Shown: positions 8,150-17,688 of the stretch, piece after piece
Position numbering within the stretch: position 1 is the stretch's first letter
How the letters are laid out: each line of letters starts with the position of its first letter
Origin: Bacteroidia bacterium
Lineage (GTDB): Bacteria > Bacteroidota > Bacteroidia > UKL13-3
DNA length: 64,000 bases
Direction of reading: 5' to 3'
Assembly (NCBI GenBank): GCA_044353855.1
Contig: JBILBF010000001.1
Coordinates: forward strand, 54,462 to 118,461
Notes under the pieces: generated by a model
Seen by the model: the letters and a program-made list of their open reading frames with translations, nothing else
The model's database searches: none
Told to the model about the DNA's origin: nothing
Program-made: the position numbers and the translations under genes

Positions 8150-11100
8150 ATGAAAAAACAAGTACAAACCTTTCGTAATCTAATAACCAAGATATTGGGT
8201 GTTGGGTTATTGAGTGTGGGTCTGAGCGCATCAGTCGCCCATGCTCAAACTGTTCTTATCAATCCTACAGGAGATGGTGGATTTGATAACGGATCAACCT
8301 TTGCTGCCAATGGTTGGAGTGTTTCAAACTCAGTTAATAACCCATGGTTCGTTGGTACACCGGGAGGTGGAGCACCAATGACAGGGAATAAAGCTTACAT
8401 TTCAAACGATGGAGGTATAACGAATGCATATACTCCCGCAAGTAATGCCACAAACTATTTCTGGAGAGACATAACTATTCCGTCAACAGACTCCATTATT
8501 CATTTACAATTCAACTGGGCTCAACAAGGTGAAGCATCATATGATATATGGCAAGTGTTTACGGCTTCTACATCTATAACACCAGTTGGAGTTGCAACGC
8601 ACCCAGGCCTTGGTTTAAATAATGTACCAGCAGGAATTGCGGGTGCAACTTTTGTAGCAAATGGGTCAGTATTAACAGGGGTCCAAACTGCTTCAATCTT
8701 ATTACCTAAAACCTTAGCAGGAACAACTTTTCGATTGATATTTTCTTGGAAAAACGAAACAGGGGGAACACAACCACCTGCTTCTATTGACAATATTTCA
8801 CTTATTTCTAGACCTGCCCCATTTAATATCGTATCTACCGCAAGTGGAAATTGGTCCAATCCATCAACATGGTCTCCTTCTGTTATTCCATTATCTATAG
8901 ATACGGTAACAGTTGCAGCAACTCATACAGTGTCGTTAGATCTTACAGGACAATCGTCAGCTTCACTTAATATTGATGGAACGCTAGACTATGCAACAAC
9001 TTCATCTTCATTTTCGGTTTTAAATAATTTAACTGTTAACTCTAGTGGTATATTTAATGTATTTAATGGAAGTGTTGGAAAAACATTAAACGTTGCAAAA
9101 AATATTACCAATGATGGTACAATGGACTTTACGCAAACAGGTAGTGTTCTATCTTTAAATGGAACAACACCTCAAACTATTGGAGGAACGGGATCACTCA
9201 CTGCATCAACCATTGCTTCCCTAACATTTAACAATACATCAACTACCCGTACCATCAACTTCAACTGGTCAAATGTAATAGTGCCAACTACCCTCACCTT
9301 CACAAGTGGTTTGGTTAATCTTGGATTAGGCAACAGCATTACCTTAGGTACATCAGGAACATCATTAGGAACCTTAACGTTTACTGCTGGTAATGGATTT
9401 ACCAGCGGTAAATTTAGCCGTTGGGTTGGAGCAGCAGGAGCAGGAAGTACCATAGCGGCAAGTACCATTCCAAGTTTTGGAGTAGGTTCGTTTCCTTTTA
9501 TGAATGGAATCGGGAATGCTTGCCATTTTCACAAAGCAACCTCAGCGTTAACAACTGCAGGTATATTCAGTGTTGAATTTATTGGTGGGTTAAATACTAC
9601 TGCAACAAGTGTTCCTCCAACCGAGAGTTCACTTACCTTCGACCAAAAAACAAACGCATCATGGGCAGTGTCAACAAGTGGCGGCTATGCTTCGGCAGTA
9701 GCCCACACTTTTGCCATACAAGGCCAAGGAACCTATGTAGCATTTTCGAGCAACGCACGTTTGTTGATTAACGAAACTTTGTTTGGTACACACCAAGCTG
9801 GAACAAACCTACCAATGGTTCAAAGAACCGGAGTAGCTGCTGCCGATATTGTTGGAACATACACTATTGGACTTATTGGATCTGAAGTGGCTAACCAAAG
9901 TGTTGCTTCGGGTGCTTGGGACAATGCCGCTACCTGGAGCCTTGGAGTACCTATTTGTGGGCAAAATATTCTAATCAATACAGCTGATAGTATATGGATT
10001 GATGGCAGTATGGTAAGTGCAAATGCTGGTCAAATGTTGTTAAATGGTAAGTTAACAATATCAGGTAGTTCACTAACCATTGGGTGCAGCGGAAACAATA
10101 ATCTATTTTCAGCTTCAGGACGATTAACAGTTTCAGGAGGCCAGTTTATTATGAATGGAAATATGAACTTTGCTTCTGGTTCAATATTTACACAAACTGG
10201 TGGTACCATCACAATTGATGGTAACAGTGGAACAGCCCTTACTTCTGTATTAACAGGTACACCAATTATGAATATAGCAACAAACTTAGTGACTCTTACA
10301 GGAGGTACACTAGTGTTTGTTGATGGTCACATTGGAACAGCAACGGCTGATCGTGTATTAACCTACACTTCAGCAGCTACTCCTTATCCATTGATCTCAA
10401 CTGGCCACACTGTTCAGTTTGGAGATGGTATTTCAACACAAGCCAACTCAACCAAAGGATTTGAATCCAGTTTAGCAACCCGCTTCTATTTTGGAAACGT
10501 TGTTGTGAATACACTTGCTTCCAGCAATGCTTTTGTTGCATCAAGTTCGGCAACCGTAATTGTTAACGGTAACCTTACCATTACTGCCGGAGAGTTCCGT
10601 GGTGGAACTACCAACCTCATTGTAGGTGGTAATATCACTAATAATGGAACCTTAACCAATACAGGTGCATTGGTATTTGGCCAGGTAACACAAACCAATA
10701 TGGCTACTCCTACCATTACCTCACAAACAGTAGGTCAAACAGTAAGTGGAACAGGTGTATTCAGAAATTTAACAACATCTCCAACTGCCAACTATGCTTC
10801 GGTTACCATTAACAATACCTCAGCCGCTGGAGTAACTTTTTCTTCTAGTCAATCACTCCTAAGTGGAACCAATACCGGAACCGTTTCGAGTACATTAACC
10901 TTTACTAACGGTATGGTTAATACAGGTTCTAACACTTTTATATTAGGTATTAGTACTGCCTCATTGGGAACATTAACCCTAACAAATGGTGGATTTGGAT
11001 CGGGAAGTGCATTTAGCCGCTGGTGGGCAACTGCCATTGCAGGACAAACTATTACAGCTGGAGCCATTCCAACTGCAGGCGTTGGAACCTATCCATTTGT

Positions 11101-14100
11101 GGCTTTGCAATCATCTGCACCTGTAGCCTTCTTTCCTCGCCATGCTTATATTAGGCAAGCTGCAGCTTCTTCTGCTGGTGGCAGAATTACTCTAAGACAT
11201 AATGATGTAGCTGGTATTTCAGTTGCCTCAATTGTAGATGGAGCCTATACAGTTGAAACCCGCACCAATTCAAGTTGGGATGTTACAACTTCTGGTATAA
11301 CAGGAACACCAACTTATACCATAGCATTAAGTGCTAATGGCACATATGCAGCCATAAATGGCAATAGCCGTATTACAAGCGGAAGTGCACCTTTATCGGG
11401 CACACACCAAGCCGGAACTCGTTTACCTCATGCTCAAAGAGCCTCAGTTACTTTAGCTAATTTAACCAATACTTGGTATATGGGTGCAGCCAATGCAGAT
11501 ATAGCATTTAATACAATAGCCTCTGGTAATTGGGAAGATGGTAGTACTTGGAATAAAGGTATTGCTCCTACTTGTACCGATTCGGTTGTGATTTTTGACG
11601 GACACCAAGTTTCTATCAATGCCACAGCTGCAACTGCACGTGCAATTGGCATTAACCTTAACGGCAGACTTGTTGTTTCGGGTAATACTTTAACAGTTGG
11701 TTGTACTATGAACAATGCATCCATATTTATCCGCGGAAACTTTACGGTTTCGGGTGGAACGGTAAATGTTAATGGTTCAATTGCAAATGATTTTTCAGGC
11801 CGTTTCCAACAATCAGGTGGATCTATTGTAATAGATGGAAATGATAACGGAGTTGCTGCAACTAGTGCCACTTCACATATTTTGGATGCATATGCAACAA
11901 CGGATAGTAGTTTTGTATTATCAGGCGGAACAATTACAATTGTAGACCCTGCAGTAGCAGCTGCAGCCGTTGCATTTAAAGTATTCCCGAGTTTGCCTGT
12001 TAACTTTAGCACATCACATACCGTAATTTTCGGGGATGGTGTTTCAACACAACCAGGAGGAACGAATGCCTTTAATATAAATTTGTTTAATACGGGGTTA
12101 GGTTTAGCATCATTTGGTAATGTAATTGTAAATGCACCTTCTGGAGCCAATCGTTTTGTAGCTACAACCAATAACTTAGGTATTATAGGTAATTTGACGG
12201 TAACACAAGGTAACTACCGCATGACATCTGCCCATACAGTAAAAGGAAATATCGTAAATAACGATACTTTAATAAATACAAATACATTAACACTTGCAGA
12301 TCCTACAGGTGCCATAACATCTACCAATACAACCGCACAATCTATATCTGGTACAGGTAAGTTTTTAAACGCTGTAACTGGAGCAACTGCAGGAACAGCA
12401 AACTTAGTAGTGAGAAACAGTAGTATTGGAGGAGTAACTATTTCTACTCCATTTTCTGTATCTGGTACATTAACACTTACAAGAGGTATAGTAAACACTA
12501 CTGCTACAGATACTTTCCGTTTGGGAACAATCTCAGCAGCAGCAACCTTGGCAGGTGGAAGCGATACCGCTTATATCAATGGTCCATTCTCGCGTACGTT
12601 TGCTGCATCACGTTCAGCTACAGGAACCTATACCACTGCAGCTACATTGTATCCAGTTGGTAAATCGGGCCGTTACTTACCACTGTTTATTGACCCAACA
12701 ACCAATGCTGGTGGTCGCACAGTTGTTTCGGCAGAAGCTTTCGGCAGTAACGCTGGAACATTAGGCACGGGAGTAACATCTATGTCGGATATTCGCTGGC
12801 AATCAACTTATACTGATGCAGCCAATTTTGTAAGTGCTAACATGCGCCTTACAGATACTGCTGCTGCATTTACTTCAACCACTAAAATTGTTTCATCTGC
12901 AACAGCCGGTGGCTCATACACTGGTGCTCCTGTAACCATTACTTATGCTGCAGGACCTCCAAAAACCATTACTACAAGCACCCAAATACTTGCAGCCGAT
13001 TACATAGGTAATTTTGCTTATGGAGAATTGGTAACTTGTGCTGCTCCAACTAATCAGGCAACTGTATTTACAGTTTCTAACCTTGGCTCATCTGCATTTA
13101 ACGGTTCGTATACCTCAGCAATTGGTGGATCAACACATTATTTAGTAGTTCGTTATGCTACAGGTGGAACCGAAGTAGCTCCTTCAAACTTTACCAACTA
13201 TGCAGTTAATGCAGTATTAGGAACTGGAACCGTTGTGGCAAACTCTACAGGAACAACTTTTAACCAAACAGGCTTAACCGCTGCTACTGGTTACGATTAT
13301 TATGTGTATGCCTATAACAATAGCGGTTGCTTTGGCCCGGTATACAATACCACAAGTCCATTATTTGCAACAGTTACTACTTGTGCAGCAGGTATTCCAA
13401 CTCCTGTAGGTGCAGCAGCTGTAAATATATCCAACAACTCTTTTGTGGCTCGTTGGAATCCAATTGCAAACCCTGGAGCAACTTATGTGTTGGATGTTTC
13501 TACAAATTCAGGTTTCTCTAGTTTTGTTTCTGGTTACAATTCCTTATCAACATATACTGATACGTTTGCAGTTGTGAGTGGTTTGACAGGCAATACCGGA
13601 TATTTCTACAGAGTAAGAGCAATTGACGGATTGTGTGCAAGTACCTTGTCAACCAACCAAACTGTAACCACTTTCTGTAATCCTATTGTAACCTTACCAT
13701 GGACCGAAGGATTTGAATCACTTGCGACAGGAACAAACTTGTTCCCAAGTTGCTGGAATTTTTCTAATACTTTAAGTTCATGGTTTATAGCTTCGCCATT
13801 AGCATTTACAGGAACCAAATCACTACGCAGATCATGGAGTACCAATGGTTGGGCATTTACGCCACCAGTTTCAATGACTGCAGGCACTCCTTATTTGTTT
13901 AGCTATTACGTTCGTACTGCTGATAACACTACTCCTGCATATGACGTAACCATTGCAGTTGGAACTGGTCAAAATGCTAGTGCTATGACCACTACATTAT
14001 TAACACAAACAAATTATCAATCTACAACTTGGACTCAGTTTACTGTTTCGTTTACCCCAGGTACTACAGCCGATTACTCTTTTGGAATCAATGTAATAGC

Positions 14101-17100
14101 ACCTAACGATCCTAACGGAATTAATTTTGATGATTTAAAAATTGAACAAGCTGTAGCTCCAACTGTTAGTACTGGTTCTAAATCAGCAGTAAGTGTGAGT
14201 TCAGCTTTTTTAAGTGCGAACATTGTAAGTAACGGAGGTGTATCTAATACAGCTTCTGGCATTGTAATAGGAACAAATCCAAATCCTGTAATTGGAGGAC
14301 CTGGAGTTACAGATTCGTCATCATTTGTTCCAGTACAAAGTGGTGCCTATTCATTTAATATTACTGGTTTAAGCAACTCTACAACATACTACTATCGTGC
14401 TTATGCCATCAATTCAGTTGGTACTTCTTATGGAGTAGACAGTTCATTCACCACATTAGCTGCTCCAACCCCACCTTCTATTGTTCTCTCGCCAATTGCA
14501 AATGTTGGTCCATTTAGCGCTACGTTAAATGCCAATATTACTGGAGACGGTGGTAGTGTAGTTACAATAAGTGGAATTGTATATAGCACAACTCCAAACC
14601 CAACTATTGGTGGCCCGAGTGTAATAGATTCAACTTCTACCGCTACCACAGGTACGTATTCAATTACACCAGTTGGACTAAATACATTAACTAAATACTA
14701 TTATCGTGCATATGCCATAAATGGTATTGGAACAGCCTATTCATCACAAGATAGTTTCACTACTTTATTTGGAATTAATACAATTCCTTACGCTCAAAAT
14801 TTTGAGGGTGGTGCTGCCAATTGGACAACACAAACAATTGGAACTAATAACGATTGGGTATTAGGAACTCCTACTAAAACTTTCTTGAACGGAGCTCGAA
14901 GTGGCGTAAACGCATGGAATACTGGCTTATCAGCTCAGTATACCAATAACCATGATGCCGCAGTTGTTTCCCCTGTTTTTGATTTTTCTGGTTATGTGAC
15001 CCAACCTTATGTTCGTTTCTTCCATAAGTTTATTACGGAGCCAGGATATGATGCTTTGGTGGTTGAAATTTCAATTAATGGTGGAACCTGGACCAAACTA
15101 GATAACACTCTTGGTACAGGAGGTAACTTTAATAGCACCAATAGTAAAGCCTGGTATAACAGCACAAGTACAAGTGGCTCAATTATTCCGCCTAAATTTT
15201 CAAGTACCACTGGTGGTGTAGGAAGTACTGGAATATATTCAAGTCAAAGCAACGGTTGGATTCAAAGTACCACTACACTTACAGGAGCAATAGGTCAATC
15301 AAATGTACGTTTCAGATTTAGATTTGGTTCTGACGGATCGGATTCACAAGATGGTTGGTCGCTGGATGATATAGAAGTATTGTTTCAAACAGCTCCTCAA
15401 TTAGTTACATCAACAAAATCATCCATAACCACTTCAAGTGCTACAGTTGGTGGTAACATAACAAGCGATGGATTATCAAGCGTTACTGCTAGTGGCGTTG
15501 TAATTGGAACCAGTGCTAGCCCTACAATTGGAGACCCTGGAGTAATTGATTCAGTTACTACTCCCAATATTGGAAGTGGTGTATTCAGCTTTAATGTAAC
15601 TGGTTTATCTTTATCTACCACCTATTTCTATAGAGCATATGCTACCAACTCTATTGGAACTTCATATGGAGCAGACAGCAGCTTTACAACTAATGCTGCC
15701 AATGTTCTACCAACCGTTTTAACTACAGCTGTTACCAATCTTACCGTTAGCAGTGCAACAGTTAATGCCAATATCACCAGCAATGGTGGAGATGCAGTTA
15801 CAGCAAGTGGTATCGTATATGGTACATCACCTAACCCAACCATTGGTGATCCAGGTGTTGTTGATTCAACCACTACTCCATTGGTTTCTTTAGGAACATT
15901 CAGTATTAACCCTGCTGGATTAACCCATACTACCAAGTATTACTATAGAGCTTATGCTACCAATACTGTGGGAACTGCATACAGTGTGCAAGATAGCTTT
16001 ACCACTGCCATTTTGATTAATGCATTCCCGTACACACAAAACTTTGATGCAGGCGCAGCCGGTTGGACTGCTGCTGCCAATGGAGGAGACAATCCTTGGG
16101 AAATAGGTACACCAGCTAAAACGTTTTTGAACGCTGCTTATTCAGGTTCTAATGCTTGGGTTACCAAGTTGGTAGGAGACTACTCTAGTCTTGCAAATTC
16201 CGATGCTGTTGTAGTTTCTCCTCAAATAGATCTTACAACTGCAACCAATCCAGTAATTCGTTTCAAACATAAATTTGATACAGATGCTGATCCTGATTAT
16301 GACGGTGGTGTTCTAGAAATCTCAATTAACGGAGGTTTATGGACTCGATTAAACAATGCATCAGGAACCGGTGCAAACTTTAACACAACAACCAGTTATG
16401 CTTGGTACAACAACGCAGTAGCAAGTGGAACTTTAGGTGCAAATAAATTCAATGGTATTAGCAACGTAGGTTATTCATCGGTTGATGGTAACGGTTGGCT
16501 AGAAAGTGCAACGCCTTTAACTGGTGGAGCAGGGCAAGCAAATGTAAAAGTTCGTTTCCGTTTTTGGGCCGATCAATATGGTGTGGATGAAGGATGGGCA
16601 ATTGATGATATCGAGATTGTAGATGTTGTTGTTCCTTCAACTTTAGCTTCAACAGTAAACCTTACTGCAATTGCTAATACTACAACAACCGTTAACTGGA
16701 CCAATGGTAACGGACAAGGTCGTATGGTAGTTGCACGCTTAACAAGTACACCAGCAGTAGCTCCAACAAATAATACAATATATACACAAAACTCAGCATT
16801 TGGTAGTGGAGAAACAACAGGCGCAGGAAACTTTATTGTATTCCGAAGCAATACCTCATCTGTAGTTGTAAATGGTTTGGCATTACTAACTGATTACACA
16901 TATGATGTGTATGAATACAACGGTAAGTTTATGCATATTGCTTTTGCTGCTGCTGCATCAAACAATGGAAGCACCTTACCTGTAACCTTAACTACATTTT
17001 CCGGAACAACTAAAGATAAAGATGCACAACTTAACTGGGCAACTGCAACAGAAAGTAACAATGCAGGATTTGATTTAGAACGTTCATTAGATGGCCGTAC

Positions 17101-17536
17101 ATTTAGCAAAGTAACATTTGTTAAAGGAGCTGGAAACAGCAACCGTGCTTTAACTTACAACTACAAGGATGTAAATGCTTTTGCAAAAGCAACTGTATTA
17201 TACTACCGCTTAAAACAAGTTGATTTTGATGGTAAATTTACTTACTCACAAGTAGTGAAAGTAACAGCTAACACCATCAATACACAATCGTTTACAGCGT
17301 ATCCTAATCCGTTTACATCAGAATTTAATGTAGCCTTTACAGCTACAACTACTGGTATTGCAACAATAGAAATGGTTGATTTGCAAGGACGTAAAGTTTT
17401 GAGCTCAACCGCAGATATTGGACTAGGAAACAATGTAATACCGGTGAAAAATGAAGCTACCATTTATCCAGGAGTTTATTTTGTACGTTTAACCCTCAAC
17501 GGTGAAACACAAGTAACCAAATTGGTGAAAAACTAA
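8150..17536 (+). CDS. Giant (3128-aa) secreted repetitive surface protein / adhesin. Beta-helix-like repeat region, FN3-like and MAM-like domains, and a T9SS C-terminal sorting domain
   Basis: Signal peptide MKKQVQTFRNLITKILGVGLLSVGLSASVAHA followed by Q. Strong T/S/G/N/A bias. Three copies of a roughly 530-aa N-terminal module. Six FN3-like repeats containing (Y/K)YYYRAYA(T/I)N and three or four MAM-like modules ending in DD(I/L)(E/K)(I/V). The last roughly 80 aa (YPNPFTSEFNVAFTA...GVYFVRLTLNGETQVTKLVKN) match the T9SS type-A C-terminal-domain pattern. Confidence 0.85.
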   Translation: MKKQVQTFRNLITKILGVGLLSVGLSASVAHAQTVLINPTGDGGFDNGSTFAANGWSVSNSVNNPWFVGTPGGGAPMTGNKAYISNDGGITNAYTPASNATNYFWRDITIPSTDSIIHLQFNWAQQGEASYDIWQVFTASTSITPVGVATHPGLGLNNVPAGIAGATFVANGSVLTGVQTASILLPKTLAGTTFRLIFSWKNETGGTQPPASIDNISLISRPAPFNIVSTASGNWSNPSTWSPSVIPLSIDTVTVAATHTVSLDLTGQSSASLNIDGTLDYATTSSSFSVLNNLTVNSSGIFNVFNGSVGKTLNVAKNITNDGTMDFTQTGSVLSLNGTTPQTIGGTGSLTASTIASLTFNNTSTTRTINFNWSNVIVPTTLTFTSGLVNLGLGNSITLGTSGTSLGTLTFTAGNGFTSGKFSRWVGAAGAGSTIAASTIPSFGVGSFPFMNGIGNACHFHKATSALTTAGIFSVEFIGGLNTTATSVPPTESSLTFDQKTNASWAVSTSGGYASAVAHTFAIQGQGTYVAFSSNARLLINETLFGTHQAGTNLPMVQRTGVAAADIVGTYTIGLIGSEVANQSVASGAWDNAATWSLGVPICGQNILINTADSIWIDGSMVSANAGQMLLNGKLTISGSSLTIGCSGNNNLFSASGRLTVSGGQFIMNGNMNFASGSIFTQTGGTITIDGNSGTALTSVLTGTPIMNIATNLVTLTGGTLVFVDGHIGTATADRVLTYTSAATPYPLISTGHTVQFGDGISTQANSTKGFESSLATRFYFGNVVVNTLASSNAFVASSSATVIVNGNLTITAGEFRGGTTNLIVGGNITNNGTLTNTGALVFGQVTQTNMATPTITSQTVGQTVSGTGVFRNLTTSPTANYASVTINNTSAAGVTFSSSQSLLSGTNTGTVSSTLTFTNGMVNTGSNTFILGISTASLGTLTLTNGGFGSGSAFSRWWATAIAGQTITAGAIPTAGVGTYPFVALQSSAPVAFFPRHAYIRQAAASSAGGRITLRHNDVAGISVASIVDGAYTVETRTNSSWDVTTSGITGTPTYTIALSANGTYAAINGNSRITSGSAPLSGTHQAGTRLPHAQRASVTLANLTNTWYMGAANADIAFNTIASGNWEDGSTWNKGIAPTCTDSVVIFDGHQVSINATAATARAIGINLNGRLVVSGNTLTVGCTMNNASIFIRGNFTVSGGTVNVNGSIANDFSGRFQQSGGSIVIDGNDNGVAATSATSHILDAYATTDSSFVLSGGTITIVDPAVAAAAVAFKVFPSLPVNFSTSHTVIFGDGVSTQPGGTNAFNINLFNTGLGLASFGNVIVNAPSGANRFVATTNNLGIIGNLTVTQGNYRMTSAHTVKGNIVNNDTLINTNTLTLADPTGAITSTNTTAQSISGTGKFLNAVTGATAGTANLVVRNSSIGGVTISTPFSVSGTLTLTRGIVNTTATDTFRLGTISAAATLAGGSDTAYINGPFSRTFAASRSATGTYTTAATLYPVGKSGRYLPLFIDPTTNAGGRTVVSAEAFGSNAGTLGTGVTSMSDIRWQSTYTDAANFVSANMRLTDTAAAFTSTTKIVSSATAGGSYTGAPVTITYAAGPPKTITTSTQILAADYIGNFAYGELVTCAAPTNQATVFTVSNLGSSAFNGSYTSAIGGSTHYLVVRYATGGTEVAPSNFTNYAVNAVLGTGTVVANSTGTTFNQTGLTAATGYDYYVYAYNNSGCFGPVYNTTSPLFATVTTCAAGIPTPVGAAAVNISNNSFVARWNPIANPGATYVLDVSTNSGFSSFVSGYNSLSTYTDTFAVVSGLTGNTGYFYRVRAIDGLCASTLSTNQTVTTFCNPIVTLPWTEGFESLATGTNLFPSCWNFSNTLSSWFIASPLAFTGTKSLRRSWSTNGWAFTPPVSMTAGTPYLFSYYVRTADNTTPAYDVTIAVGTGQNASAMTTTLLTQTNYQSTTWTQFTVSFTPGTTADYSFGINVIAPNDPNGINFDDLKIEQAVAPTVSTGSKSAVSVSSAFLSANIVSNGGVSNTASGIVIGTNPNPVIGGPGVTDSSSFVPVQSGAYSFNITGLSNSTTYYYRAYAINSVGTSYGVDSSFTTLAAPTPPSIVLSPIANVGPFSATLNANITGDGGSVVTISGIVYSTTPNPTIGGPSVIDSTSTATTGTYSITPVGLNTLTKYYYRAYAINGIGTAYSSQDSFTTLFGINTIPYAQNFEGGAANWTTQTIGTNNDWVLGTPTKTFLNGARSGVNAWNTGLSAQYTNNHDAAVVSPVFDFSGYVTQPYVRFFHKFITEPGYDALVVEISINGGTWTKLDNTLGTGGNFNSTNSKAWYNSTSTSGSIIPPKFSSTTGGVGSTGIYSSQSNGWIQSTTTLTGAIGQSNVRFRFRFGSDGSDSQDGWSLDDIEVLFQTAPQLVTSTKSSITTSSATVGGNITSDGLSSVTASGVVIGTSASPTIGDPGVIDSVTTPNIGSGVFSFNVTGLSLSTTYFYRAYATNSIGTSYGADSSFTTNAANVLPTVLTTAVTNLTVSSATVNANITSNGGDAVTASGIVYGTSPNPTIGDPGVVDSTTTPLVSLGTFSINPAGLTHTTKYYYRAYATNTVGTAYSVQDSFTTAILINAFPYTQNFDAGAAGWTAAANGGDNPWEIGTPAKTFLNAAYSGSNAWVTKLVGDYSSLANSDAVVVSPQIDLTTATNPVIRFKHKFDTDADPDYDGGVLEISINGGLWTRLNNASGTGANFNTTTSYAWYNNAVASGTLGANKFNGISNVGYSSVDGNGWLESATPLTGGAGQANVKVRFRFWADQYGVDEGWAIDDIEIVDVVVPSTLASTVNLTAIANTTTTVNWTNGNGQGRMVVARLTSTPAVAPTNNTIYTQNSAFGSGETTGAGNFIVFRSNTSSVVVNGLALLTDYTYDVYEYNGKFMHIAFAAAASNNGSTLPVTLTTFSGTTKDKDAQLNWATATESNNAGFDLERSLDGRTFSKVTFVKGAGNSNRALTYNYKDVNAFAKATVLYYRLKQVDFDGKFTYSQVVKVTANTINTQSFTAYPNPFTSEFNVAFTATTTGIATIEMVDLQGRKVLSSTADIGLGNNVIPVKNEATIYPGVYFVRLTLNGETQVTKLVKN
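14150..15389 (+). repeat. Internal supermodule 1 of the giant gene: FN3-like, FN3-like, then MAM-like
   Basis: At protein level it parallels 15390-16625: two roughly 100-aa repeats ending ...YYYRAYAIN..GT.Y, then an (F/P)Y.QNF..GAA.W...GWS/AIDDIE module. Confidence 0.6.
15390..16625 (+). repeat. Internal supermodule 2 of the giant gene: a tandem duplicate of 14150-15389
   Basis: Same domain order and conserved motifs (TTYFYRAYATNSIGTSYG, TKYYYRAYATNTVGTAYS, GWAIDDIEIV). Nucleotide identity has diverged, so this is an old in-frame tandem duplication of about 1.24 kb. Confidence 0.6.
17290..17533 (+). other. T9SS type-A C-terminal sorting domain (CTD) of the giant protein
   Basis: Terminal roughly 80 aa with the conserved pattern of Por-secretion-tail domains (YPNP..., GxY.V.L, terminal K-rich strand). 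Confidence 0.7.
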
Positions 17537-17560
17537 TCAGGGATTTAATTCTTTAACTTT

Positions 17561-17591
17561 AAAAAGGTGAGCCCAACGGCTCACCTTTTTT
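17561..17591 (+). terminator. Rho-independent terminator after the giant adhesin gene
   Basis: AAAAA GGTGAGCC caac GGCTCACC TTTTTT: an 8-bp GC-rich stem, 4-nt loop and T-run. Confidence 0.8.
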
Positions 17592-17655
17592 GTTCACAAG
17601 ATGTGGGTAATTACATGATAATTAGCAGCAATTACAGATAATCAAGTAATTCGCT

Positions 17656-17663
17656 TATCTTTG
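17656..17663 (+). promoter_or_regulatory. Candidate -7 box (TATCTTTG, matching TAnnTTTG) for deaD
   Basis: Exact match to the Bacteroidetes -7 consensus, 26 nt upstream of the deaD ATG. No obvious -33 element. Confidence 0.3.
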
Positions 17664-17688
17664 GCCCTCATTTTTATAAAACAGTACT

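Noticed and set aside
8521-17463. Numerous antisense and alternate-frame ORFs of 60-245 aa inside the giant adhesin gene (for example 11434-12171 on the minus strand, 245 aa)
   Set aside because: They are by-products of the strongly biased Thr/Ser/Gly/Ala/Asn-rich coding sequence, which is largely stop-free in other frames. They show no independent start context, and the sense frame has coherent domain architecture.
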